Shown one piece after another: positions 1-9,193 of a stretch of 54,982 bases of DNA. Source of the stretch: a virus (taxonomy: Duplodnaviria > Caudoviricetes); the IMG/VR virus record IMGVR_UViG_3300037510_000213, positions 1-54,982 of that record, one strand, 5' to 3'. The notes below the pieces were generated by a model. That model saw only the letters and a program-made list of their open reading frames with translations. It was not told where the DNA came from and made no database searches. Position 1 is the first letter of the stretch; every line of letters starts with the position of its first letter. The translations under genes and the position numbers were made by a program.

Positions 1-127
1 GGGGTGATGGTGGCAACTTTCAGGCCATTGATCATCGCGCTTTACTCCATTCTGCAAAACACCTAGCGGGGACGCGATTCATTGTCCAGTTGAGCATATC
101 TGCGCATGATGTTCTGTTCAGTGTTTC
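1..127. repeat. Terminal direct repeat, left copy (circular assembly overlap)
   Basis: 1..127 is identical to 54856..54982; 127 is a common assembler k-mer size. Confidence 0.95.
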
Positions 128-421
128 GATTGCAATGGCATTCCAAATTGAAATAAAAATAAACATCACAAGAAACAAAAATCCAAGTGGGATGGCAAAA
201 GCCAACGCACATCCCAAAGCGGTCCCTGGACCAGCCCATTCATGCACAACATCTCCAAACGATTTTGGAATGCCCTTGCGCTTGGGTTTATCAGTGCATA
301 CAGGCTCAATATCAAACTCTTCTTCGATTGTGCCCACAACAGGCACCGATTCAGGATCAGGATCACGGCCCCCAAACAGGTCTTCTACAGTTTCTTGCCA
401 GAGTTTACCGTGCTCGTTCAT
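32..421 (-). CDS. Hypothetical membrane protein
   Basis: Start MNEHG (ATG at 421) overlaps the upstream stop as ATGA; one long hydrophobic segment LAFAIPLGFLFLVMFIFISIW. Confidence 0.7.
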   Translation of the reverse strand: MNEHGKLWQETVEDLFGGRDPDPESVPVVGTIEEEFDIEPVCTDKPKRKGIPKSFGDVVHEWAGPGTALGCALAFAIPLGFLFLVMFIFISIWNAIAIETLNRTSCADMLNWTMNRVPARCFAEWSKAR

Positions 422-1212
422 AGCGCCTTCTCCACATAGGATCGAAACGAATTGCTGATACACAACATATCATGCAATTCATCGGCCTTGTGCCTCAGTA
501 ATTGGGGGTATCGGCGGATCATCATCGCCGTGTAGCCATCCAACTCCTCATAATCGGCGTACAGCACCGCCTTGTTGAAGACACCACACTCCTGTACCGT
601 TTCGCTGATCAGTGGCTTGTGATACGCAGCAGCCAGGGCAAAGCGCAGCGGAGCCACGGTGTGGACGCGCTCATGCTGGTGAATGTGCAGGATTACGTGT
701 GAGGCCTTGAGAATGGCGTCCCGTTCCGCGTCCCAGGCGTTGGGCGCAATCGTCAACCCCGCCTCACGCAGGGCGTTGACCGCTGTTTGACGCCGCCCCC
801 AAATGTAGGACATCAAGGCGACATCGAATGTCTGATCAGTCTGGGCCGTGCCGACAAGCCCCGCATGCGACCCCAATGGCACATACTGCGCGCCGATGCG
901 CTCGGCATACCATTGATCGGAGGCCCATACACGCGACACAAATGGCGGCTTGGTGAGGGCTGATTCGCCCCAATCGTAGGAGGACTCTTTCAATCGCCAC
1001 TCCAGATCCCACAAAATGATCGTGGCCTTCACTGGACGATCCCAACGCCGCTCCCACTCGGCAGACAGAGGGGTGAAAATATAGGCGTTGTCGCTGTCCA
1101 CATTCACGGCGTCATAGTCGATGATGGGGTAGCCTGACAGCTCGACAAGCCGCCAATAATCGGTGTAGGACTGATACTGATGCACGGTCTTGACGAAGTA
1201 GACGCCGCTCAT
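418..1212 (-). CDS. Glycosyltransferase-like protein (GT-B/CgeB-like C-terminal half)
   Basis: FDVALMSY..RR, ERDAILKASHVILHIH, RFALAAAYHKPLISE pattern resembles GT-B donor-binding domains. Confidence 0.65.
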   Translation of the reverse strand: MSGVYFVKTVHQYQSYTDYWRLVELSGYPIIDYDAVNVDSDNAYIFTPLSAEWERRWDRPVKATIILWDLEWRLKESSYDWGESALTKPPFVSRVWASDQWYAERIGAQYVPLGSHAGLVGTAQTDQTFDVALMSYIWGRRQTAVNALREAGLTIAPNAWDAERDAILKASHVILHIHQHERVHTVAPLRFALAAAYHKPLISETVQECGVFNKAVLYADYEELDGYTAMMIRRYPQLLRHKADELHDMLCISNSFRSYVEKAL

Positions 1213-1352
1213 ATGGCCGATCCGATGAACATCAGCAGAACAATCAGCACCACCAGCATGCCCAACGCGAAATTGTTGAGCAGAATCAGCGCGCCGACGC
1301 CCAACGCAATCACGAATGAGGCTTCGGCAAGGGGGCGGGCGTTAGGGGTCAT
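1209..1352 (-). CDS. Small hydrophobic membrane peptide (47 aa, MTPNARPLAEASFVIALGVG...)
   Basis: Read manually; ATGA-coupled to both neighbours; almost entirely hydrophobic. Confidence 0.6.
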   Translation of the reverse strand: MTPNARPLAEASFVIALGVGALILLNNFALGMLVVLIVLLMFIGSAI

Positions 1353-1531
1353 TTCCCGATATCACCCTTTGGCTTGCCCCATTTCGTGACAAGTTTTTTG
1401 AAATCGTCAAGTGAAGGGTAGTTGAATGGAGGTTCATCCTGTCGCTCCACAGGCTTGTTAAAGAGATTGTCAAGCATCTCTTGTGGCATTGTTGAATATG
1501 GACGATTAATCCAATCATTTTTTTCGTTCAT
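1349..1531 (-). CDS. Hypothetical protein (60 aa, AT-rich, probably inserted)
   Basis: ORF track; bracketed by a 16-bp direct repeat. Confidence 0.55.
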   Translation of the reverse strand: MNEKNDWINRPYSTMPQEMLDNLFNKPVERQDEPPFNYPSLDDFKKLVTKWGKPKGDIGK

Positions 1532-1584
1532 TTCTTACGTGTCCTTATCTTCTCACATGCTTTGCATGGTTCATGCGTTAGGGG

Positions 1585-1686
1585 TCATTTGGTGTCTCTC
1601 GCCAACACCCAAAACACCGCAACAATGGTTGCACACAGAATTGCGAAAACAACGATTAGGGTTAATCCAGCTACACCAAGGCTCAT
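1585..1686 (-). CDS. Small single-TM peptide (33 aa, MSLGVAGLTLIVVFAILCATIVAVFWVLARDTK)
   Basis: Read manually; ATGA overlap with the GT2 stop. Confidence 0.55.
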   Translation of the reverse strand: MSLGVAGLTLIVVFAILCATIVAVFWVLARDTK

Positions 1687-2729
1687 CCCAAATCATTCCC
1701 TTCCACCTTGACCCACTCTTGCGCCTTTGCCACAACGCTGGCCTTGCTGGTCTGCGCACGGTTGGGCTTGTACTCCACAGGCTGACTCACGGGTTGCGGC
1801 TGACCGCCCCCAAACAAGCCCGCCATGACCTCCTGCCAGTTGCCATCCGAGGGTCTGTACTCCGGCTTCAGGATCACGCCGTTGGCGGCCTGCTGAGGCG
1901 ATTGGACGCGCTTCCACAGGTGCGGGGCAGCGTTGACATCATCGGGGGAGACATAGGAGAGTTTGGGGAACGAGGTGCGCGGATAGAAGCGACCCGTGGC
2001 GCGCCCGCGTTCGATGCGATTGCCGTTCCACAGCGCTTGTGCGAGAACGTCGCCATCAAGCGGCTCGTTGGTGGGCGTGATTGGCCCCTTTGTGTTGTCT
2101 CCGCAGCAGCCCATGAGTGAATATCCTCCATACCGTCTTGTCATATACTCTTGTGCAAGTGCTTCCTGCCCCGATGCCCGCGCCTGAATGCTGCGCTGGC
2201 CACCCTCTCGATAGCTCACAAGCGGAGCGTTGACGTGAATCCCACACAGGCCCGACAGACGCAGGCGTACATAAAAGTCAGCGTCTTCAACCCCTGTCAT
2301 GACCTCATCAAAGCCGCCAATCAGTCGCACGCGCTCGGTGGGCAGAACGGTGGTCACGAGGTGAAACGTCTTCTCTGTCCATGCGATACAGGGGTCGGGT
2401 GCTTGATGCGCCACATTGTGCAGTCCGAGCCAGTCGGTGTAGACATAGCGCGGGTCGGTGTTGCCAGACTGCGCATACTGATCGAGCACACCGAGGCAGA
2501 TCTCAGCAAAGTGAGGGTCCAGGATGTCGTCAGCGTCAAGGAAAGTGATATAAGGTGTGGTTGCGCGGGCAATGCCTTGATTGCGCGCGTGGCCTGCCCC
2601 GTTACCGTCACGATCATGAATCACAATGATTTCACAGGGGACGGTTTGGGCTTCTGCGCTGTCAACAGCCTCATGGAAGATGTGTTCATGGTTCGGACCG
2701 ACGGGGATGATGATGGTGAGTTTAGGCAT
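1683..2729 (-). CDS. GT2 glycosyltransferase fused to a C-terminal MGCCG-type domain
   Basis: TIIIPV, GAGHARNQG, TFLDADD (DxD), GGFDE, EDADF motifs; probable ATG at 2729 after AGGTG. Confidence 0.85.
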   Translation of the reverse strand: MPKLTIIIPVGPNHEHIFHEAVDSAEAQTVPCEIIVIHDRDGNGAGHARNQGIARATTPYITFLDADDILDPHFAEICLGVLDQYAQSGNTDPRYVYTDWLGLHNVAHQAPDPCIAWTEKTFHLVTTVLPTERVRLIGGFDEVMTGVEDADFYVRLRLSGLCGIHVNAPLVSYREGGQRSIQARASGQEALAQEYMTRRYGGYSLMGCCGDNTKGPITPTNEPLDGDVLAQALWNGNRIERGRATGRFYPRTSFPKLSYVSPDDVNAAPHLWKRVQSPQQAANGVILKPEYRPSDGNWQEVMAGLFGGGQPQPVSQPVEYKPNRAQTSKASVVAKAQEWVKVEGNDLG

Positions 2730-2823
2730 AACACCTGTGGTTGTGAGGGGAGAGTGTTGGAACACTCGTTCCCCTCTAGTCTATCACGAAATGAAGCAGA
2801 AATGCAAGCGGACTGGTGTCCGA

Positions 2824-4260
2824 TTACACGCGGTAGGTCACGCCGCCGTTCTTGTACAGGAACGTGGTGGCAGGATCGGCCACGCGGGTCTGCGCGCCAT
2901 AGCTGAATGAAATGTCATCCCAACGAGCGGCCAGGAAGGGTGTCTCAAGGAAAACGCGCATCTTCATGCTGATTTCGATCTCCACACACCCGCCCGCCTC
3001 ACGCTTGTTCATCATATACATGCCATCATTGATGAACTCAGCGCTTGGATAGACGATGCCTGCAAACTCACGCGCATAGACATTGCCCATGTCGTGATAT
3101 TCAGGGCGAATCAGCGGACGCCCATTCCATGAAATGGGCAGCAGATAGGCGTCAGCGCGCAAGACTTTGGGCGTGCCGCCTCCCAACTGTTCCAACTGAA
3201 TGCCATCACTGAAAATGACAGGCACAGGGACGCCATCAATCAAAAGGTACTGGCCTGTTTGCATCTCAAGGCGCAGACGGTTGGTTTCATCACCCGTGAT
3301 CTGGATGGGCTGCCCTGCGTTACTCGACTGGCACCGATACGTAAGGTATTGGCAAGACCACACCTCAGTGAGCGCACGGAACTGCTCAACGCGCATGACA
3401 AAGGCGAACTCAACGCCATCCAGACCCACTTGCCGCGCCGTATCACGCACTGCGTAATACTGATCTGACATGGACTGAACGATGTTGCTGCCACTCACCG
3501 TCGCGCCCACATCGGCGTTCCATGAGATGACAATCGAGTCAGCGGCGGGGCACGGTGTCCCGTAAATGTCCGCATAGCCCGTCTTCACCAGACTGTCCAG
3601 CCCTGCGAAGTCCTTCCACCACCCTGTGATGCTGGTGTTTGAGCCTGACACGCCGCGCCACAGTTCTATCTCAAACGAGCGCTCAGCTTGCACGCCCAGA
3701 GTGAAGAGTTCGTATTGGAGCTGGTTGCGCGTGTCTGTCAGTTGATACATGCGGTCAGGGATGAATGGATTTTCACGCGGGGGACGATTCAGAATCTCGC
3801 CAGGAATATCAGCGCGATTGCGCAGCAACCCCACCTCCTGAATCGGCGTGATGCGTGTGTTCATTTTGAAGTTGCCAAAGGTGTACACCTGTTGGCATGT
3901 TTTCAGGACACCAGCCAGCGCGCCAGGGGCACACCAATCGGTCTGATTGGTGGTCGTGCCTGCGGTCTGCCCTGTCATGATTTCAACAATCTCGTTGCCA
4001 TACTCCGACTTCATCGGGCGCAGGATCGAGGCCATTGAGCGGGGACGCATAAGAGCGCTAAAGCGTTCAGGGCGCACGCCTGGATACGAGAACAGCCCGT
4101 ATTGATTGGCGTTTGTGTATGATGTTCCCTGAAGGACTTGTGATTGTGTCGGTGTGCTGCTGGACGGGTCATTCTTCTGCCCGATGTTCAACAGCCCCAT
4201 TTTGCTCATGTCACTGATTTGCTTCTCAGTGAACTCAATTCCGTTGACGATAACACCCAT
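2824..4260 (-). CDS. Major capsid protein (putative)
   Basis: 478 aa, directly downstream of protease/scaffold; FAGLDSLV and similar HK97-like MCP segments; synteny. Confidence 0.75.
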   Translation of the reverse strand: MGVIVNGIEFTEKQISDMSKMGLLNIGQKNDPSSSTPTQSQVLQGTSYTNANQYGLFSYPGVRPERFSALMRPRSMASILRPMKSEYGNEIVEIMTGQTAGTTTNQTDWCAPGALAGVLKTCQQVYTFGNFKMNTRITPIQEVGLLRNRADIPGEILNRPPRENPFIPDRMYQLTDTRNQLQYELFTLGVQAERSFEIELWRGVSGSNTSITGWWKDFAGLDSLVKTGYADIYGTPCPAADSIVISWNADVGATVSGSNIVQSMSDQYYAVRDTARQVGLDGVEFAFVMRVEQFRALTEVWSCQYLTYRCQSSNAGQPIQITGDETNRLRLEMQTGQYLLIDGVPVPVIFSDGIQLEQLGGGTPKVLRADAYLLPISWNGRPLIRPEYHDMGNVYAREFAGIVYPSAEFINDGMYMMNKREAGGCVEIEISMKMRVFLETPFLAARWDDISFSYGAQTRVADPATTFLYKNGGVTYRV

Positions 4261-4280
4261 TGCGCATCCTCACTCTCTCG

Positions 4281-5585
4281 TTATTTGTGAAGGGGCTTCA
4301 TTGGCCCCCAGAATGGATCAATGATCAGCTCGCCCTCTTCGCGCGACTTCTCCGCCTTGTCGATGGCCACCTTGAGTTCATCCGCCGTGCCGCCCTTCTT
4401 ATGCGTGACGCTGCGCGGGGCGAGGCTCAGCTTCTTTTCAGCGGACACCACCCGCTCTTCCAGCGCCTTGATTTTGGCCTCAAGGCTGTCAATCGTGACC
4501 TTTTCCGCTGATTTCTCAGCCATGCGTGTCTCCTTCAATTCGTCAAGCGATTTCATCATGCCGACACGATCCATCTCTGAGGCGGCTTGCGCGTCCATCA
4601 TGGTTTGAAGCATGTTGTAGAACGAATCGAGCACCGTGAGCATGCGCTGCATATCGGGCACGGCGTCAGCGGCGGGCGTCTCTGCCTTGTCGTCTTCCTC
4701 TTCCACCATGTCCTCAGCCATATCCGCCGCTTCCGTGGTGGCTACGGCGTCCGCTTCGACGGGGGGTATGGGCTTCTTGGGCGGCGTCGGTGGCAGCGCC
4801 TTGTGGATCAGACCCAGGGCCTCAAATTCCTTGTCAATTTCGCCCGTTTTGGCGTGAAACTTTGCGGCTGCGTTTTTGATCCCGATGGGTTCGAAGATCT
4901 GATCAATGAGCTTGTCACTTTGAGGACTTGCCATATTCACCACCCCTGCATAGGTTTTGTCATTGGCCGCGAGGCTGCGTTCTGGGAGATAGCTGGTTTC
5001 CTGCTTGAAGATGCGGTGATACGTGCCATCGGGATCGCGGTCCTTTTCAAGGTACCCGAATCGATGGGATGCGCCTGCCTTGTCGCCATTCTGCTCAGCG
5101 AAGTCAAACAGCGTCTTGGACACAGGGTTAGGCAGTTCGCGCGCCACCTCAATGAGAAAGGGTTCGCTGTAATTCACGGCGATGATCTCACCCATCACAA
5201 TGTCATCATCGTGCCACCACAACAGGGGATTGTCGCAGTGGAACAGATCCTCCCCAGGGTAACAGGACGCTTCATAGGCTTTCAGCGCCTCAGATGTGAT
5301 GGTTTCCTTCTCACGATCCTCGTAGCTGTTCGATGTGATGATCGTCATAAGGCGCAGCCCGTCCGACTTCTCACGGACGATGTGCATTCCAGGCTTCAAC
5401 GCCTCACCCTTGAACCACTTCACAATGCGCTCGACAAAGCCGCTGTCTTGCCGTGGTGTGGCGATGAACGTTTTCATCTCCTCGTGGGCGTGCTTGTGGT
5501 TCATTTCCGCTTGCGACGGATACCACGGCTCGTTATCCTCATCGGGTGTGTTGGCGATGGCGTCATGTTCGATGATGTCAGTCAT
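4281..5585 (-). CDS. Prohead protease / scaffold fusion
   Basis: DREKETIT...PLLWWHD...ASHRF...ETSYLP resembles HK97-type protease; acidic coiled-coil C-terminus; lies between portal and MCP. Confidence 0.7.
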   Translation of the reverse strand: MTDIIEHDAIANTPDEDNEPWYPSQAEMNHKHAHEEMKTFIATPRQDSGFVERIVKWFKGEALKPGMHIVREKSDGLRLMTIITSNSYEDREKETITSEALKAYEASCYPGEDLFHCDNPLLWWHDDDIVMGEIIAVNYSEPFLIEVARELPNPVSKTLFDFAEQNGDKAGASHRFGYLEKDRDPDGTYHRIFKQETSYLPERSLAANDKTYAGVVNMASPQSDKLIDQIFEPIGIKNAAAKFHAKTGEIDKEFEALGLIHKALPPTPPKKPIPPVEADAVATTEAADMAEDMVEEEDDKAETPAADAVPDMQRMLTVLDSFYNMLQTMMDAQAASEMDRVGMMKSLDELKETRMAEKSAEKVTIDSLEAKIKALEERVVSAEKKLSLAPRSVTHKKGGTADELKVAIDKAEKSREEGELIIDPFWGPMKPLHK

Positions 5586-5814
5586 GGGTATCCTCGGCTA
5601 ACTCAAGCGTGATGTAGTATTCCTGATTGAGCTTGAAGCCTTCAACCACGTGAGAGAGCACCGTCATCATGAGATTTCCAGATGGGGTGTATTTCCAATA
5701 CTTTGCATTCTCATGGCTGGGATCGTCCGAGTAGACAGCCATGAGATTGACCGATGTGTGCCCCTCACCTTGAGGAGTGATGTCAATGACCTTAAACTTT
5801 GCGCGAATGTTCAT
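5578..5814 (-). CDS. Conserved small phage protein (RAKF...EN..YWKYTPSG family), function unknown
   Basis: Recognisable motif of a widespread small phage protein; tight coupling to both neighbours. Confidence 0.7.
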   Translation of the reverse strand: MNIRAKFKVIDITPQGEGHTSVNLMAVYSDDPSHENAKYWKYTPSGNLMMTVLSHVVEGFKLNQEYYITLELAEDTHD

Positions 5815-7884
5815 CTAAAACCGTCCTCTCGCCTTGTCACTCGTGCGGACAAGCTGGCATTTACAGTTGTATCCCTTGCATGCGAGGCTGCTGGCCCGTG
5901 GGAGGATGCCGCGCGCCTCATAGGTCTTGAAGCGGTGCACCTGCCCGTTCATGCGCAAGCAGTCTTTGCAGTGCTCAGCAAGACCATAGCGCCATTCAAA
6001 CATCGCATTGGCGGCGGCGCTGCCCAATCCCTTGTCCGTGAACTGTTGGAGCGACTTACCCCACATCATCGCGCGGTCTTGTGCGTTGGCCCCATTCACG
6101 GCCTTTGTCTTGTACACGTCATCGGCCAAACCGTTGATGTACTGGTTCTGATCCACCAACACGCCCATGTAGCGCGCGTTGTCATCAGGGTCTAAGGCGT
6201 CCACATACACCTGCCCTTGTGCCAACCCATCCTTGTAGGCTTGCAAGCCGTAATTCTTGAGGAAACTGCGCATGACGACGGTGAAGGCGCGACGATCAAG
6301 ATAGGTGTTTGGCTGACTGGCTGACACCAACAGATCGCGCACATCCTGAACGAATAATGCTTGCGTGGTGAGATAGTCCTTCTGCGCTTTGGCCGTGATG
6401 TCGTCATTCACATCATCGTTGATGTTCACCTGTGGCTTGGGGGCTTGCCCTGGGACGCCCCCAGGTGTGCCGTTTTGTGCCACAGGGGTAACAGGGGCCG
6501 CGCCGGATGTGTTGTCTTCCGCCGTAAAGGGCACATTGACCACATCATTGGCGCGCGGGGTGTTTTCAATGGCATCGCGCACAGGCTCGATCTCATTGGC
6601 CAGAAGTGTGCGCTGCTCATTGGGTGACAGGGCCGCGCCCATGCTGGCCACTGCTGCCCCCAGGATTTGCATCTTTTGCGCGTCTTCCAACGCCTCTTGA
6701 GAGTCACGATACTTAAATTCAAACGTGTACTCATCGGGGAGAAGGTCATTCAACCGACGTTCCAACTCTTGCAAGAGAAAGCCGATGGTCTTGCCGCGCG
6801 CCTTCTGTGCGAGGATCATGCTTTGACCCTGTGATCCAATCGCGCCGCCGCCACTGAGCTGCATTAGCTCCTGTCGATCCACGCCCAATGACAGCGCCAG
6901 CCGATCCACGTTAAGATCGGTGTAAACGCGATAGTCGAACTTTTCAGGCGCAGATTGGAAATCATAGTTCTGGAGTTTCACCTCATGTTCAGCGCTCATG
7001 CCAAACACGAACACGCGCTGACCAAATGTTGTCTTGCCATCGGTGTGCTGCTGCGTCTGATACTTTTGGAGAATTTCGTCCCATGCAGGCTTTAAGAGAT
7101 TGCTGACCGCTGTTACCCCAGGCGGCGGCTGATCATCCAGGCGTGATGTGATGTAGCGCTGAATCCAGATCTCTTGCTGCGCCACAGGCACGGCACGCGA
7201 CAGGGCGCTGTGGCCATAGCCAGGGCGCAATTCATCGGTGTCGAGCATGTCCACCATACGAATGATGCGCGAATGATGCATGACATGGAGGCCGCCATAG
7301 CGATCATAGTAGACCGCTGGATACCGTGGATCGCCTGTGGGGTAGCATTTGAGTGTGTCGAGATTGGCCAGTCCCACAATCGCGCCCAATGGCCGATCGT
7401 AGGCATCCCCCGGCGCAATGACCTCAAGGAACCATCCTGTGTCGTAGCGCAGATAGTTCAGGACGCCTTGCGTGATGAATGTCCCCCATCCCGCGCCAAA
7501 TTGCGCTTGACGGAACACCTCCTGGAAGTATTCGACGCCGTTGCTCTTGCGCAGCCGCCACCCCTGTGTCGCCGCCATCTGACCAAACGCGGCGTTCTCC
7601 TCATCGCTGCCCTTGATCTCCCAGGGAAGCGAGGCAATGGCTTTGGCCACGCCTGTGAACGCCCCCTGAATGAGCGAGGTTTCATCCATAAGGTAGAGAT
7701 CGCGCAGCGCGTACTCGCGTGTGCGTGTGCCCCACGCAGGCAGATAGGTGCCGCGAACGCCGCCGATACTGAACTGCGATTGGATGCCATCACGCGAGAC
7801 GGAGGGCAGGACTTGAGCCGAGTCCTGAATCGCACGATTGATTTGCGCATCGGGAGAGGTGCCAGTGGTCTGAACGGGGATCAT
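5815..7884 (-). CDS. Portal protein with C-terminal MuF-like (minor head) Cys-rich domain
   Basis: Follows TerL; AIASLPWEI, PGYGHSAL portal-like motifs; C-terminus HCKDC...LACKGYNCKCQL. Confidence 0.8.
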   Translation of the reverse strand: MIPVQTTGTSPDAQINRAIQDSAQVLPSVSRDGIQSQFSIGGVRGTYLPAWGTRTREYALRDLYLMDETSLIQGAFTGVAKAIASLPWEIKGSDEENAAFGQMAATQGWRLRKSNGVEYFQEVFRQAQFGAGWGTFITQGVLNYLRYDTGWFLEVIAPGDAYDRPLGAIVGLANLDTLKCYPTGDPRYPAVYYDRYGGLHVMHHSRIIRMVDMLDTDELRPGYGHSALSRAVPVAQQEIWIQRYITSRLDDQPPPGVTAVSNLLKPAWDEILQKYQTQQHTDGKTTFGQRVFVFGMSAEHEVKLQNYDFQSAPEKFDYRVYTDLNVDRLALSLGVDRQELMQLSGGGAIGSQGQSMILAQKARGKTIGFLLQELERRLNDLLPDEYTFEFKYRDSQEALEDAQKMQILGAAVASMGAALSPNEQRTLLANEIEPVRDAIENTPRANDVVNVPFTAEDNTSGAAPVTPVAQNGTPGGVPGQAPKPQVNINDDVNDDITAKAQKDYLTTQALFVQDVRDLLVSASQPNTYLDRRAFTVVMRSFLKNYGLQAYKDGLAQGQVYVDALDPDDNARYMGVLVDQNQYINGLADDVYKTKAVNGANAQDRAMMWGKSLQQFTDKGLGSAAANAMFEWRYGLAEHCKDCLRMNGQVHRFKTYEARGILPRASSLACKGYNCKCQLVRTSDKARGRF

Positions 7885-7885
7885 G

Positions 7886-9193
7886 TTAATACCTTAGTGC
7901 ATGGCACATGTAGCGGCAGGCGTCCGCTGTGTGATCGTCAACCTTCAGTGGCTTCGGCTCTCCTGTCACGGAGATGTCATAGCGATAGGTCTGATGCTCT
8001 CGAATAGACAGCTTGCAGCGTGGATGAAATCGAAGAAGACGCTGGCCCTGCCCATCGCAAAGGAGGCGACGAACGTTCTTGATGCCTTCGTTAACCTTGT
8101 GCGTTGCGCCAAAGGTCTGGATACCGAGTGCCCAGATACGCGCCTTCAACTGTGCCGCGCTGCTGTCCACATACGCGATGTCAGGGCGGGGGTATCCCTT
8201 TGCCAAGGCGTTTGCCAGGGTGGTTTCTTCAACCTCCCCCGTTGCCGCATACTCGTCAAAAATGTTCAATCCGCCGCGTGCTGTGAATTGGCCAAACAGG
8301 ATCACACGCGGATGATAGGAGGCCGAGCCAGGGCCATCGCCATAGACATAGCCATCATCCACGCCCCACACCACAGGCAGGTTGGGATCATATTTTGCCT
8401 CTTCACTGACATTGCCTGTGTTCAACGTAAGGTCAAAGTTGTCGTAAATCGCGCCTGCGTCCTCTTCAAAGGAGGCGGTGTACTCTTGCGCAAAGGAGCG
8501 CGTGGGGAGAAGCTTGCGCTGCATTTCGATTTCAGCAGGATCAATGTGGGGGTTGGCGTACTCATGCCCCACCGTTGGAAATTTCCATGATGCCCACAAC
8601 GGCTCATCAGGGTCTTGTCCCATCTGAAACAACTTAAAGAAGTCATTGAATCCGCATGGGGTGCTGAGAAAGTACGCTGTGCCCTTGCGCTTGCTAAGAG
8701 TGGGCAGCAGGATCTCAGTCCACTTGGAAAACAGAGACGGAACAAACGCCGCCTCATCGATCACAATTGTGTCGTACTCAAACGGGCGAACGCTGTCAGC
8801 AGCGGTGGTGTCGAGTGACCATCCCGTGTAACGCGCGCCATTGGGCAGCTCAATCTTAAGCGTGCCCTCGTTGACTTTGGCCTCAGCAGGGAGCCGTGGC
8901 TTCAAATACTCCCAGATCGCCCGCGTGGTCTTGTAGGCAGGGGCAAGCGATGCCACAAGTTTGCCTTTGCGCAGATCAGCGTTCAGGATCTCAGCGGCAA
9001 AGTCTGTCTTGCCCCACTTGCGACCACAGCACAGCAGCTTGAAGCGGGCGGGTGAATTGGCAATGAGGCGCTGCCCTGGGTGAAGGCGGGCCAGCCCATC
9101 GTAAGCCGCCGCCTCAGCCTTGATCTTCTCCAACCGATATTGGTACCTCAGCCTTTGCAAAGAGGGATCTAACGAGGGTGTAGTCATGGTCAA
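7886..9193 (-). CDS. terL: Terminase large subunit
   Basis: Walker A CGRKWGKT, Walker B IVIDEAA, STPCG coupling motif, nuclease GVDDG...DHTADACRY; the start may be the ATG at 9187. Confidence 0.92.
   Translation of the reverse strand: MTMTTPSLDPSLQRLRYQYRLEKIKAEAAAYDGLARLHPGQRLIANSPARFKLLCCGRKWGKTDFAAEILNADLRKGKLVASLAPAYKTTRAIWEYLKPRLPAEAKVNEGTLKIELPNGARYTGWSLDTTAADSVRPFEYDTIVIDEAAFVPSLFSKWTEILLPTLSKRKGTAYFLSTPCGFNDFFKLFQMGQDPDEPLWASWKFPTVGHEYANPHIDPAEIEMQRKLLPTRSFAQEYTASFEEDAGAIYDNFDLTLNTGNVSEEAKYDPNLPVVWGVDDGYVYGDGPGSASYHPRVILFGQFTARGGLNIFDEYAATGEVEETTLANALAKGYPRPDIAYVDSSAAQLKARIWALGIQTFGATHKVNEGIKNVRRLLCDGQGQRLLRFHPRCKLSIREHQTYRYDISVTGEPKPLKVDDHTADACRYMCHALRY

Noticed and set aside
1-127. 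Biological terminal repeat of the virion DNA
   Set aside because: Length of exactly 127 bp matches an assembler k-mer overlap and falls mid-gene; it indicates circularity only
418-2729. Glycosyltransferases as DNA hypermodification enzymes
   Set aside because: No hydroxymethylase, TET/JBP or kinase partner is seen and the genes sit in the morphogenesis operon; disfavoured, not excluded
4587-8590. Long plus-strand ORFs (e.g. 4587..5612, 7174..8007, 7901..8590; also 12060..12677, 47715..48677)
   Set aside because: Antisense shadows of well-supported minus-strand genes in GC-rich DNA, with no motifs or RBS
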